Origin: a virus
Lineage: Duplodnaviria; Caudoviricetes
IMG/VR virus record: IMGVR_UViG_3300024520_000069
Coordinates: 930-64,929 of that record
Strand: one strand, 5' to 3'
DNA: 64,000 nucleotides
Under the pieces are notes generated by a model. It saw nothing but the letters and a program-made list of their open reading frames with translations. It had not been told where the DNA came from and did not search any database. Position numbers and translations under genes: made by a program. Below, piece after piece: positions 19,118 through 30,004 of this stretch (within the stretch, counting starts at the first letter, position 1; each line of letters opens with the position of its first letter).

Positions 19118-22100
19118 TTAATTCTCCTGTGTTGTATTGAGTTTAGTATCTCTAGGCTTACTCTTCTTAAAGACAGCAGCCCCATCAAGGGCTTGCCACT
19201 GACGTATGAGGGCTTCCATTGGTAGTTTGTTCTCACCCTTACGCGCCGTTATCTCAAGATCAGAATCAATAGGGTCAGGACTGAAGACGTTCTCCCTTGC
19301 CAAGCTCATATGATCCCACAAGTTACTATTGAAATCCCTGCCGATGTTCATAGCATCAACCATCATACCATCATTGAAGCCTAAGTTACGATAGGCATCC
19401 ATAGTGGTCTTCAAGTCTTGATATCCTTCAAGCTTCTTCATCTGCCCATTATAGTAAGCAGCAAGCATGTCTTCCTGTGTATCCCTACTATCCCCAACAT
19501 GGAACTCCTTAAGGATGCCATGTAATGGGTCCATAGAATCCTTGATCTTCCTCTTAGCACCACCAAGCTGCCAGTTAAATGCAGCAGTTAGGTCATGGTT
19601 ACGTGGAGCGAGGCCAAACATAGCAGCCACGCCTGTACTTTCAGGATGCTGCTGTGCTGCATATTTATTAAAACCATCTTTGTTAATGGTGTCAGCACGT
19701 TTCCTCCACCACCTAACAAATCCGGGTTCGAAAGGTTCACCAGCCAGCCCTAATACAAACCCAAGCTGATCAGAGGTTTGGGCTTCCTGTTCTAACTTAT
19801 CAAACCCTTTACCTTGTACACCATCAAGGATAGTTCTGGTGAGCATGGAAGGTTTGGTGAATGGCATGATCTGGTTCTCAACCAATCCCCACACATGCTT
19901 GTTAAGGTCCACATCTGTGTCAGCAGCAATGGCTGAATGGATAGCTACACCAGCAGATCGTACATAGTCAAAGGGATCAAGGGATGTTGTCTTAAAGAAT
20001 GGTACATTCCTATGTCCAGTTTTCTTATCAGTCTCAATAGGTCCATCATAGATCACGTTGGAGTAGGCTTGATAGTTAGGCATGGTGTGGCGTATATCCT
20101 CATCCTGTGTGGCAGAGATATCGTTACCAACACGGGACAACTCAGCCATAGCTGTGGGCATCATACCAACAGTAGTCATACCGGCAAGCCTCTTAGACGC
20201 TGCCTCAACCAAGTGTGGGTTACCACTACGTGCATCCTGCATGGTGTACTTGATAAGGTTCTTTGAGGTACGGATCATCTCAGCAGGGAATGAGATGAAG
20301 TCACCAAATGGGGCCATACGTGCAGCCTGTACCAGCTTTGAAACCTGACCATAGTTAGGCATGAGGTCGCGTGTACGCTGTGATGCCATCTTCTCAAGAC
20401 TATTAGCACCTTCCTTGACCAGACGATCTACCTCTTCTTGATATGTTGCCCTCTTAGCAAACGAGGACTTAGCAACCTTAGCTCTAGCAGCCATAAGTTT
20501 TCTATCAGCATCAGCCATCTTAGGGTAGGCTTTGGCAAGGTAATCCTTACTCTTCATGTAATGGATCATCTTGAATGTGTCATCTTCTGCCTGATAGGCT
20601 TGCATCAGCTTCTTATCAGCCCACCCCAAAGACTTATCCCACACCCTACGCGCCATCCTCTTACGCATATACTTGTCTTGTGCGCTACCAAACTGTCCCA
20701 TGTTCTGTTTAATCATGGACACTGTGGTGCCACTATCAACAACCCCAAGCCTCTGGAGTTCAGCAAGTTCAAGGCCAAGGGCTTCATCAGTGGTGCTGGT
20801 GATTTTCTTTGCCACATCCTTGTAGGCTTTCTTACCTATGGGGAGCATGCCATTAGCGGCAAGCATGGTGACCTGACCAACAGTGTTGCCTACATGGGTG
20901 GCAGGGTTGTAGATGGTCTTGGATTTCTGTGTCAATGACTTACCCATCAACCACCACTTAGCTATAGGGTTATTAGGGTTCTTAACATCAAGACCATCCC
21001 TCATAACTCTGGCATATGAAGGATCAACATACATGTGTGCCAAGTCAGAGTGTGGTTTGAAGTCAGACTTGAGGGCCTTATCACCTTTAGATAACTTATC
21101 AGTGAAGATACCCTTCATACGTCCCTCAAGGATTTGATCCATTGAGACAAGACTACCATCAAGTTCAGGTGAAGAGTAGCCTAACCTCTTACTATGTTTA
21201 CCAGTCTTCTGAGATACCTTCGATGAAGCTATACCAGCCTTGGCTATACCAGAACTGATGAGGTTATCCTTAATTTCATCAAGGAACCTATACTCAGCCT
21301 GTATCTTAGCCATCTTCTCCATGGTCTTACCATAGTTACTGAAGGGATTCTTAGACTTACCATACAAGTTCTGAATAACTTTAGGCACCTTGGCACGGCC
21401 CTTGAAGATATCTGAAGTACTATGCATCACATTCTTACCTGTGATACTATCCAAGATATCCTGTGCTGCAAACTGATCATCAGCTTTAATGAGCTTGAGG
21501 AGCTTGTCCTGTATGATGCGCTGATCAGCAGTACCATAATACTTCTTCACCCAGTTCATTGCGTCATGGACAACCTTGTCATTCACGTCAGGGTTTTTAA
21601 TACGCTTGGCCAGCTTCTTCTTAAAGGCTTGGTTGTCGAATACATCATAGGAGATGTTGAGGTATGTTCCTTTATTCTTATCCATGGAGATGGCAAGCTT
21701 ACCCCCAACAATGTCATCTCGTAGAATGGCTGATGTGTTGTTGTCAATGTTATTACGCATCTTCCACAGGAGCTTACCAGCGCCCTTAGACACGCCATTG
21801 ACAATGCTCATGGCCTTTGCATCACCATTCAAGGCAAGATTCACTGTATCTTCATAGAAGTCTTTAGGCATAGGCTTGCCTTGTGCTTTGTAGCCATCCT
21901 TAATAGACTTACGGAACTCAACTTCAATGCCCTCAGCAGCGTCCATAGCAGCAGCACCAGCGTTATCCCTGCGATATGCGGCAGCAGCAAAGGCATCATC
22001 TGTGTTACGATTAGCCTTCAGCCATTCCTTACTCCACCGAATAGGCTTAGACTTATGTACTTTACCAAGTACCTTCTGTGCTGAGGAGGACTTAAGCCCA

Positions 22101-22930
22101 GCCTTCAATAGCTTACCACCAACAATAGTTGCAGGAACTAAGGCACCTTCTAGGGCTAGGTTAGATACAAAGTTCTTCCCATATCGTGTGAGGTCTGAGT
22201 CATCTTCTTCAGACCAATCCAGCATGTGGGACTCATCAAGCCCTTCAGACATGGTGGCACCGGCAGCACTTGCCAAGCCCATACCAGACAAGTACTTAGC
22301 TTCAGCATACTTCTTCCTAGCCTTAGACAGTACAGCCCTCTGTGCTGGTGATGATGCTAAGGACTTAGCTAATCGGTAGCCTTTAATACCAGCCTTACCA
22401 GCCTTGAATAAGCCGAGTGATGGGACAGCCCATGTGCCTACATCTCTGAGACCCTTCTTAAACCCAGCCCCAGTCCACTCATCTTCACCTGTGGTCTGTT
22501 CTTCAAGTGCATCATCAATGGTGAGGGAGCCTACACCAAAGTATGGGTCAGCAGCAGCATCTAAGTCCATGAGGGTTTCTTTACTGAACATGGTGCCGAT
22601 ACCCTCACCAGCTTCCCTTGCCCACTTACTCATGAAGTCTGGTGTGACGGCATGCCATAGGTCAGCAGCATCACTGGCTGTCTCACCAACAATACCTGAT
22701 AGGACATCCATACCCTTACCAAGACCCTCATTCTCCCCAACAGAGAAGTCCTGATCCCTGTAGCCTTTACTAGTCCACAGGTCAGCATAGACTCCATAGG
22801 CTTCATCATACTCTTCAGGTGTGATGCCTTTGTCATCCCTCATTTTAACGAAGGCTTCCTTATCCCCAGTAGCTCTGAAGGTCTGGGTCAGTTCTTGGAA
22901 GTCATTTGAGTAGGGGGAGAGTGTTCCCAT
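19118..22930 (-). CDS. Large internal virion/ejection protein
   Basis: 1270 aa, last of the structural genes, podovirus synteny. Confidence 0.7.
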   Translation of the reverse strand: MGTLSPYSNDFQELTQTFRATGDKEAFVKMRDDKGITPEEYDEAYGVYADLWTSKGYRDQDFSVGENEGLGKGMDVLSGIVGETASDAADLWHAVTPDFMSKWAREAGEGIGTMFSKETLMDLDAAADPYFGVGSLTIDDALEEQTTGEDEWTGAGFKKGLRDVGTWAVPSLGLFKAGKAGIKGYRLAKSLASSPAQRAVLSKARKKYAEAKYLSGMGLASAAGATMSEGLDESHMLDWSEEDDSDLTRYGKNFVSNLALEGALVPATIVGGKLLKAGLKSSSAQKVLGKVHKSKPIRWSKEWLKANRNTDDAFAAAAYRRDNAGAAAMDAAEGIEVEFRKSIKDGYKAQGKPMPKDFYEDTVNLALNGDAKAMSIVNGVSKGAGKLLWKMRNNIDNNTSAILRDDIVGGKLAISMDKNKGTYLNISYDVFDNQAFKKKLAKRIKNPDVNDKVVHDAMNWVKKYYGTADQRIIQDKLLKLIKADDQFAAQDILDSITGKNVMHSTSDIFKGRAKVPKVIQNLYGKSKNPFSNYGKTMEKMAKIQAEYRFLDEIKDNLISSGIAKAGIASSKVSQKTGKHSKRLGYSSPELDGSLVSMDQILEGRMKGIFTDKLSKGDKALKSDFKPHSDLAHMYVDPSYARVMRDGLDVKNPNNPIAKWWLMGKSLTQKSKTIYNPATHVGNTVGQVTMLAANGMLPIGKKAYKDVAKKITSTTDEALGLELAELQRLGVVDSGTTVSMIKQNMGQFGSAQDKYMRKRMARRVWDKSLGWADKKLMQAYQAEDDTFKMIHYMKSKDYLAKAYPKMADADRKLMAARAKVAKSSFAKRATYQEEVDRLVKEGANSLEKMASQRTRDLMPNYGQVSKLVQAARMAPFGDFISFPAEMIRTSKNLIKYTMQDARSGNPHLVEAASKRLAGMTTVGMMPTAMAELSRVGNDISATQDEDIRHTMPNYQAYSNVIYDGPIETDKKTGHRNVPFFKTTSLDPFDYVRSAGVAIHSAIAADTDVDLNKHVWGLVENQIMPFTKPSMLTRTILDGVQGKGFDKLEQEAQTSDQLGFVLGLAGEPFEPGFVRWWRKRADTINKDGFNKYAAQQHPESTGVAAMFGLAPRNHDLTAAFNWQLGGAKRKIKDSMDPLHGILKEFHVGDSRDTQEDMLAAYYNGQMKKLEGYQDLKTTMDAYRNLGFNDGMMVDAMNIGRDFNSNLWDHMSLARENVFSPDPIDSDLEITARKGENKLPMEALIRQWQALDGAAVFKKSKPRDTKLNTTQEN

Positions 22931-22932
22931 GT

Positions 22933-24750
22933 TTAATTACCTTGTGCATTAGGGACTAAAGACTGCCTAGCTTCTGGATCACCAGCAGCAGGACGAGCAC
23001 CTACAGTACTTCCAACAGTGGTTGCAGTGCCTGTAGCTTTCCCTGTGTCCTTCAAGTTTGTGTAGTAATTACGAAGGATATTCTTATAGGTATCAAAGTA
23101 CACACTATCCCTATCCCTGACAGGCCCTTCAAGGCTATTCACATACTCCCTAGCTTTCCTCTCAGCATAGGCAGCACCTTCACTAAGGACAGGCTTATTT
23201 TTAGCCAGCTTTGCAAACGCATCACCAAAGATTTCTTTAGCTATATCTACAGAAGCATTGGAGGTGATACGTTTAAGTTTCTCTTCTTTGTTCTTGCCTT
23301 TAGCAGCAGCAATCTTGGCATTGTATTCCATCAATGCCTTGGCAGATTCATCCATCCTGCCCTGTCGTGTAGCTTCCAAACCATACTCAGCCTTGGCATC
23401 TTCAAACTCACCTTCAGTCTGTGCAGCACCGGCAGCAGTTTCAGCCTTCTTAGCAGCGGATAGACTGTCAATCATACCTTCACCAGCTTCAGCACCAGCA
23501 GTGAGGACACCCTTACCAGCAGAGCCAGCCTTGATCATGTTCAGGCCCATCTTAGACAGGGCAAGGAACTTATCATGTTTGATATCTTCCATGCTCTTCT
23601 CATAGGTCTTGGAACGTGAGTCAGACCTCTTCTTAACAAGGTCAAGCATCTTCTGTTCTGCTGGGGTGAGGTTACCTTCTTGCGCCCTACGGACAAGACG
23701 AGCTATGTAATCCTCACTAATCTTATCCATAGGATTACTTTCAAAATGTCCAGCAGATTTGGAATCGTTATAAGGATTAGGAGCACCCCCTGTATTGAGG
23801 GATGCAATACCACCACCCTTATTAGCGAAGCCCATAGCCTTGCCCATAGCAGTGGTTCCAAAGTTGCCACCCATGTTGCCATAGATACCAGCACCTGTGG
23901 CACCAATGCCTAACATCTGTGTGAACCTGTTAGGTGCAGGGGCTTGAGGACCAACAGTGGTCTGGGTCTGCATCTTGGATGGATCAATCATGTGGCCACG
24001 GATGAGGTTAGAGTAGCGGGACAGGACTTCATCAGGGAATGCCTGTTCACGCATGAACTCCTGATAGCCAAGGTCAAGACCACGCTGGGCCTGTCCTTCC
24101 TTTTGAGCACCAACACCAGCAAGACCAGCAATCTCCTGACCTGTCAATCCAGCATGGGTCTGTCCTAATGCGGCCAAGCCTTGAGCACCACCAGCTTCAC
24201 GACGCTTCTGATCAAGGAAGGTTTGGAGGCCAGTCTCATAAGCCTGATGGGAACCCTGCTTCTGAATATCATTCATAAGCTGACCTTCATCACGGCCCTG
24301 TGCAGCTTCAAGGATGGCATGGCGTGACCCGCCAAACCCACCAGACTGCCCAGCCTTATCAAGGATAGACTGTTCCCTCACATCACCCAACTGATCAGCC
24401 TTACGCTTCTGGATATCTACAACATCCTGCATGTAAGGGTTCATGTAGTCGGCACGTGCAGCATCATTCCACTTAGATGTGGACTGGGTCATCAAGTCAC
24501 GGGCAGGGGCCATGTACTGTGAAGAAGCACCAACCTGATCCTTGAGCAGCTCTTGTGCATCTTGTGTCTCTTGGGAGAACTCAGCAATACGTGGCCCCGG
24601 AAACTTCTGATACCCACCTTCATACTGAGCCTCAGCCCGATCACGGGACTGCTTCAGGATGTCAGTGATGTATGGCTTAAGTTCATCAGGGAACTCAGAC
24701 TTGGTGCTGGTTGTGTGGGTACTTACTGGTTGTGGCTTATCGTCATCCAT
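22933..24750 (-). CDS. Internal virion/DNA-ejection (pilot) protein
   Basis: YMNPYMQDVVD, GGFGGSRH; Gly/Ala/Gln-rich. Confidence 0.75.
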   Translation of the reverse strand: MDDDKPQPVSTHTTSTKSEFPDELKPYITDILKQSRDRAEAQYEGGYQKFPGPRIAEFSQETQDAQELLKDQVGASSQYMAPARDLMTQSTSKWNDAARADYMNPYMQDVVDIQKRKADQLGDVREQSILDKAGQSGGFGGSRHAILEAAQGRDEGQLMNDIQKQGSHQAYETGLQTFLDQKRREAGGAQGLAALGQTHAGLTGQEIAGLAGVGAQKEGQAQRGLDLGYQEFMREQAFPDEVLSRYSNLIRGHMIDPSKMQTQTTVGPQAPAPNRFTQMLGIGATGAGIYGNMGGNFGTTAMGKAMGFANKGGGIASLNTGGAPNPYNDSKSAGHFESNPMDKISEDYIARLVRRAQEGNLTPAEQKMLDLVKKRSDSRSKTYEKSMEDIKHDKFLALSKMGLNMIKAGSAGKGVLTAGAEAGEGMIDSLSAAKKAETAAGAAQTEGEFEDAKAEYGLEATRQGRMDESAKALMEYNAKIAAAKGKNKEEKLKRITSNASVDIAKEIFGDAFAKLAKNKPVLSEGAAYAERKAREYVNSLEGPVRDRDSVYFDTYKNILRNYYTNLKDTGKATGTATTVGSTVGARPAAGDPEARQSLVPNAQGN

Positions 24751-24753
24751 AGC

Positions 24754-25164
24754 TTAAAGTTCCTTTACTAACTTTACGTTACCTTCTTTATATCCAAACT
24801 GCGACATGAGCTTGATCCATCCTTTACGACCAGTGAACTCTATAGTCCGACAGTCATAGTGCTTGGCATATTTCACCATGACTTCATGGAATGACTTGCC
24901 CCATTTATGGATGTCACTACCTCCCATGAGGATAATGCTTAGGGCGTTGTACTTAGGGTGCTCAACAACTTTGACAATGGTTGCCTGAATTATTGAGTGG
25001 GTGTTATAGGTTATGAATAGTTTGTACTGTCCACACCTGAGTAGGGTAGACACATCACCCCAATCCATCTCACCATTGTTACGGTCAAGGGCTTTACTTA
25101 TTAAAGGTTCTATAGCTGGTAGATACTTATCCATCAACTCAGTAGGTACATGGCTTGTTATCAT
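24754..25164 (-). CDS. Virion-associated GNAT-like protein
   Basis: GG..C..IEFTGRKGW motif; synteny. Confidence 0.65.
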   Translation of the reverse strand: MITSHVPTELMDKYLPAIEPLISKALDRNNGEMDWGDVSTLLRCGQYKLFITYNTHSIIQATIVKVVEHPKYNALSIILMGGSDIHKWGKSFHEVMVKYAKHYDCRTIEFTGRKGWIKLMSQFGYKEGNVKLVKEL

Positions 25165-26390
25165 CTACCTATTTTAGCAAGTTGTGCCAGACCATCCAAC
25201 TGTTTTGGTTGCTTAGTGGAGCCTGTTGCGTCTTTACGAACCCCCTCACGCCACCCATCCATCAGCTTAGCTCCAGCCTTGGGACTACCGTTACCTAACA
25301 TGGACATGGTAGCAGCATCAACGACATATTCATCAGGACTTAGAAGCGCCATATCAGGGTCATCAGGACCGCCGTTGACCTTGAACGGCACTTCATCCGA
25401 CATACCATCTCCGGGTCCGTCAACGAGTCCTGCGAACTCTTCAAAGTTACCTCCGGCACTTCGATACGCTGTGTGCAACCCGCCACCATGGGCAGCAGTA
25501 TTAACACTATAAGGCTTGTAGTCCTCAAAGTACCTGATAGGTTCATCACGCCCAAGTGCTGCATTTAATATCTCTTCCTGTGTAAGTACTTCATGTATCT
25601 GATCAATGCCGGTCCTTGTAGCTTCAGGGGTTGGTTCCGTTACTGGATCATTGTTGGAGGGTTCTGAAGCCTTCTGTTGATTATACCAGTTACGCCAGCG
25701 TTCCTCCTCTGACAGGTTATCTTCAGGGCCGTCTTCGCCACTATGTTGATTACCAGAATCACGGAGGTCTTTGTCTTGCTGTAGTTGGGCGTCTGTCTTA
25801 AAGGAGATATCATTTCCAGCGAGTGCTTTACCGCCAAAACTAACACCAAGACCTATCGGGCCTCCTAAAAGAGTACCAAGTACTTTACTACCCATCATAG
25901 CTAAAGCACCTTTAATACCATACTCAGTCCCGCCGTGACCTAAAGGCTTACCCTTACTATCCCATCCATAACCTTTACTAACACCTACCCCAGCATTTAT
26001 TGTAGGATGATCACTATGGAAATAGGTACCATCTCCAATATCCTTAGCCCCTACAATACTACTAGAATCTCTATCAGGCATCTCAGTACCTTGCTCACCC
26101 GGACCGGGGTCTTGATCAGCCTCTTCACCACCACCATAGTTACCACTACCGTCATAACTACCTTCAGTACTTACACCAGACTCAGCATATCCATCACCTC
26201 CACCAACATTACCTACACCCGGAGTAGAGTAGAACTCCCTCAACCCAGTAGACGGATTGATAGTACCAGACCCACCCATAGCTTCAAGCATCTTAGCTTC
26301 CATAGGATTGATGTGGGCAAGCATGGTGTCACCACCACGACCCTTCATGGCCATGAGTTTAGCTAGTCCCTGCATTGGTGCTTGTGGCAT
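25161..26390 (-). CDS. Internal virion protein
   Basis: GRGGDTMLAHINP..GTINPSTGL N-term; GPGDGMSD..LSPDEYVV..LGNGS C-term. Confidence 0.7.
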   Translation of the reverse strand: MPQAPMQGLAKLMAMKGRGGDTMLAHINPMEAKMLEAMGGSGTINPSTGLREFYSTPGVGNVGGGDGYAESGVSTEGSYDGSGNYGGGEEADQDPGPGEQGTEMPDRDSSSIVGAKDIGDGTYFHSDHPTINAGVGVSKGYGWDSKGKPLGHGGTEYGIKGALAMMGSKVLGTLLGGPIGLGVSFGGKALAGNDISFKTDAQLQQDKDLRDSGNQHSGEDGPEDNLSEEERWRNWYNQQKASEPSNNDPVTEPTPEATRTGIDQIHEVLTQEEILNAALGRDEPIRYFEDYKPYSVNTAAHGGGLHTAYRSAGGNFEEFAGLVDGPGDGMSDEVPFKVNGGPDDPDMALLSPDEYVVDAATMSMLGNGSPKAGAKLMDGWREGVRKDATGSTKQPKQLDGLAQLAKIGR

Positions 26391-26403
26391 ATGTGTGGTT
26401 CCT

Positions 26404-26622
26404 TTAATTACCTAAACCCTGTGAGGGCCTAGCATAGTTAGATTGGGGTTTGGTATTGTCTGCGTAGACGTTAGTCCTATCATTATACAACTGACCTGTA
26501 TTAAATGCCAATCCTTGGGCTTGCTTCTTAGCACCAAGGGAATTGTCCAATACTTTACCAGTGTTCACATTGTGGATGAACGATGAGTTGTTGATGTATG
26601 CTATGTATTCTTCACGGGTCAT
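26404..26622 (-). CDS. Hypothetical protein
   Basis: ORF, packing. Confidence 0.55.
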   Translation of the reverse strand: MTREEYIAYINNSSFIHNVNTGKVLDNSLGAKKQAQGLAFNTGQLYNDRTNVYADNTKPQSNYARPSQGLGN

Positions 26623-27230
26623 TAAGCTGTTACCTTAAACCATGCACAAACCTGTGCCGGTGCTGTTGTTGTCGTTGCACTGAGGGTTCTGAAGTTGACA
26701 AGATCACCAGCAGAGATGCTTAAAGGTGTGGCAGTGTAGTCTGCTGTGCCTGTACTGGCAGTAGCACAAGCCACGGTGTATGTAGCATTGGGTGTCTGGT
26801 TATGGACTAGCTGCACTTCAGCAACAGCAGATGCATTGTTGATGGCCAATGTCATGTAGTGTAGTTCACATGCAAATGGGATGACAATACCAGCCCCTGC
26901 TGGAGTGTTAGCACCATTACCATAAGCCCACTCATATGTGGTAGCGACTAGAGTAGAGTTCTCTTCAGCCCAGATGGGGAACCAGCTAACACTACTCCCA
27001 CCACTAGGTGTAGACCACTCCATAATATAGTCAGCATCAGTGGACTTGGTGAGGACTTGACTTGTATCACCACCACTAGGGGGCAGTCTGGGGTTGTCCC
27101 GTATACGAGCATCAGTGAGGTCAAGCTCATTGGAGAGCATGGCAGAGTACTGCTGGAGAGTCCTGTATTGTTCTTCAGGTGTCATCCCACCAAAGTCTGT
27201 ATGGGTTGGTAGCTCTGGGTATCTACTCAT
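26622..27230 (-). CDS. Tail-associated protein
   Basis: LPPSGGDTSQVLTKST fibre-type motif, beta-rich C-term. Confidence 0.6.
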   Translation of the reverse strand: MSRYPELPTHTDFGGMTPEEQYRTLQQYSAMLSNELDLTDARIRDNPRLPPSGGDTSQVLTKSTDADYIMEWSTPSGGSSVSWFPIWAEENSTLVATTYEWAYGNGANTPAGAGIVIPFACELHYMTLAINNASAVAEVQLVHNQTPNATYTVACATASTGTADYTATPLSISAGDLVNFRTLSATTTTAPAQVCAWFKVTA

Positions 27231-27233
27231 CCA

Positions 27234-29051
27234 TCAACGTAGTCCATCAATCTGTGCAGACAGGCGAGGATCACCCCATGCCCATGACGTATCAGTGGAG
27301 TCTGCATCAATACGAACCTTGGCTTGTCTACCCCTGATCCTGAAGTCAGTCTTCTGTGTGGCAGAGTTTATGAGGTAAGGCCCCTTCGTAGTCTCTGGCC
27401 CATTAGGGTACATCTTTGTAGTAATCGTGAAGGAGATGTTTCCATCGTTGATAGTGAAATCTGGAATGAGTTTATCAACGAACATAATGTTCTTACCTTC
27501 TTCGAAATCAAAGTCAGCAGATTCAAGATAAGATACGTTACTACTTCCATCAAAGTCAACCACAGAAGTAGGTTCATTATCGAAAATATAACTATCAGAA
27601 CCGGTAGTAATAGTATTGCCGAATACATGACGATCTTTATAAGTTGTCCATTTAGAGGTTCCGTAAACCCAGTGACCTTCTTCGATATTGAAGATGACAT
27701 AGGAATCACACTCTGTAGAATCGTTTGAAGGATAGAGCCATACAATCTCTTTAAACTCTGAGTTAATTCCTGCATACACTTTATCTTTCTGGGACTTGTT
27801 AGCATCATCAAATATGTACTGCCTCACAGGACAGTCCAAGGTCTTCACAGAGCCATCGAACATGTAGAAGTTACTACCACCCATCCATACTGTGGCACCA
27901 TCATAGTCCACAGCAGCATGGGGACCAGCCAACCCACAACCACTCCCCAACTGTCGGAAGTTATAGATGAATGGTGCGCCAACATACTGCATGGCATGGG
28001 CTGCATTGTCAGTGAAGATGTTGATCTGGTTACGGGAACGTACAGCACCAACGATCTTAGTACCATCAGTGATCTCTACTTCACCAGAGGTGGTGGAGAC
28101 AGAAGGTGTCCAATCGTTATAGGTTTCCTGTGAAGCCCAGCGTACCCTCAATGGGGAGTACTCAGCAGCGTAGCCTGTACAGCCAAAGGAGATGAGGTGT
28201 CTATCGTTGGGTGACACAACAATGAAGTCATTGATTGTGGGGGCAGCAGTGACAACGACAGCCCTCTCAGGGGTGATGGATGCATCCCTATCCCAGTAGA
28301 AGATATTCCCGCCCCTACGAGCAGCCAACATATCTTCACCCCAGTTATCAAGTGACCATTGGGAGATGGCGAATGTGATGTTTGAAGATGAGGCAGCAGT
28401 ATTCCATGCCCTCACACCTGTGGTAGATACACCAGCATTAAACACACCAGCACCAAAGCCAAGCCCTGCTGTTGGATTAGTAGTGCCTGTCTCAAGGAGA
28501 TAGTTGATCGTAGCCTCACCAGCAGAGACATCAGTTGCAGATGCAGTACCACTGGCAGAGACTTGAAAGTTATTGATGTCAGTAACTGAGGTAACCTCAT
28601 ACACGCCGGACAGGGTGATAGCACCTCCACCAATAGCAGTGGCTGAGGTGAACTCCACAAAGTCACCAGCATCCCGGCCATGTGTGGCTATGCTTACGTT
28701 AACCCTTGCCGAGCCATCAGTTGTGGAGAATGAAGATACCAAGGCTTGGGTAGATACGATGGGGGTGATGTCATAGAGGGTATCATTCTCAGACACATAC
28801 CACTTCTTCTCTGTAGCAACACTGAATAGTTTCTGCCCATCATTGTCCTGCCACTGTAGACTATCCCTGCCAATACCTTCGAACTGGGTAGTATTATTCT
28901 TGACATAGCCCCTTATGTTCTGGGGACGACCTTTCCTGAACCTGACATGATCGCCATCAAACCAGTTACCTTCTTCAGCATACTGGGTTGACTCCCGATT
29001 AAATCCGGGCTTGAACTTAAGTCTGAGTAGTTTGGAATCAGTGGAAGCCAT
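27234..29051 (-). CDS. Tail nozzle/stabilisation protein (P22 gp10/T7 gp12-like)
   Basis: 605 aa, WSLDNWGE, RVRWASQE, beta-propeller-like; synteny. Confidence 0.75.
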   Translation of the reverse strand: MASTDSKLLRLKFKPGFNRESTQYAEEGNWFDGDHVRFRKGRPQNIRGYVKNNTTQFEGIGRDSLQWQDNDGQKLFSVATEKKWYVSENDTLYDITPIVSTQALVSSFSTTDGSARVNVSIATHGRDAGDFVEFTSATAIGGGAITLSGVYEVTSVTDINNFQVSASGTASATDVSAGEATINYLLETGTTNPTAGLGFGAGVFNAGVSTTGVRAWNTAASSSNITFAISQWSLDNWGEDMLAARRGGNIFYWDRDASITPERAVVVTAAPTINDFIVVSPNDRHLISFGCTGYAAEYSPLRVRWASQETYNDWTPSVSTTSGEVEITDGTKIVGAVRSRNQINIFTDNAAHAMQYVGAPFIYNFRQLGSGCGLAGPHAAVDYDGATVWMGGSNFYMFDGSVKTLDCPVRQYIFDDANKSQKDKVYAGINSEFKEIVWLYPSNDSTECDSYVIFNIEEGHWVYGTSKWTTYKDRHVFGNTITTGSDSYIFDNEPTSVVDFDGSSNVSYLESADFDFEEGKNIMFVDKLIPDFTINDGNISFTITTKMYPNGPETTKGPYLINSATQKTDFRIRGRQAKVRIDADSTDTSWAWGDPRLSAQIDGLR

Positions 29052-29989
29052 TAAGTCCTCTTAAAGTCTTTAACGATCACCGTGTCAATCAGGGAAGTAT
29101 CACGAACTGAATAGACAAGGAGATCAACAGAGTTGATGGAGGTTGTCAAGGTTGGGGCAGTCCCTGATGGGAACTTCCAAGAGTCGTTGAGGGACAGGGT
29201 TCTTGTACCAGTACCATCCTGATGTACATAGATTTTACCAACCATACCATTGACAGGATTGTCAGGGTAGGGGATGGTCCTATTACCACCAAGGGTCACA
29301 GCAAAATGGGAGCCAAGGCTAAGGTCAAGGGCAATGGTTGTAGCATCTGTGAGGCAGACAACAGTATCAATCTGGGGAGCACCTGTGTATGTGACGGCTG
29401 ATGTGAACCCAACAGCGCCAGACACTGTGACATCCCCTGTGAACCCTGCTGTACCTGTGTAGGTCTTACCCCCAGTAACAGTCTGTGTGGCTGACGCAGT
29501 GACATAGCGTACATCAGCAATAGACACAGGGGTAAGCTCATTAACTGATGTGCCAATGTTCAGGGCAGCGGCAGTACCCATGCCAGAGTTAAGTTCAACA
29601 ACAGAGACACTATCACAGACATACATATTAATACTGGACTGTGATGTATTTGCACCACTACCAGCAGCAGTCTTAATGTTGATTGATGTGCCAGCACTGA
29701 CTGTGGCAGCGTTATGGATGACGTACCCCTTAGTTGCAGCAGGGATGATGATGTCAAGGGAATCAGTCACTGTACCTGTGAGGTAGAGGAAGGCATGGCG
29801 GGACTGATCAGAGGCACCATTACTATTAGTCAAGGTGACATCAACACTAGACACAGTGACTGTGACATAGCCAGCAATGGCTTCATCATATAAGTCAACA
29901 TTGGTGTTAAGGAGATCACCCCATGAGTTAGGGTTCTCTCCATCGCCTTGTTTAATTGCCCTTATATTAGTCGAGTATGTTGATGCCAT
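29051..29989 (-). CDS. Tail fibre protein
   Basis: MASTYS..GENPNSWG N-term; C-term domain paralogous to 33248-33766. Confidence 0.7.
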   Translation of the reverse strand: MASTYSTNIRAIKQGDGENPNSWGDLLNTNVDLYDEAIAGYVTVTVSSVDVTLTNSNGASDQSRHAFLYLTGTVTDSLDIIIPAATKGYVIHNAATVSAGTSINIKTAAGSGANTSQSSINMYVCDSVSVVELNSGMGTAAALNIGTSVNELTPVSIADVRYVTASATQTVTGGKTYTGTAGFTGDVTVSGAVGFTSAVTYTGAPQIDTVVCLTDATTIALDLSLGSHFAVTLGGNRTIPYPDNPVNGMVGKIYVHQDGTGTRTLSLNDSWKFPSGTAPTLTTSINSVDLLVYSVRDTSLIDTVIVKDFKRT

Positions 29990-30004
29990 ATCTAAATGAT
30001 TCCT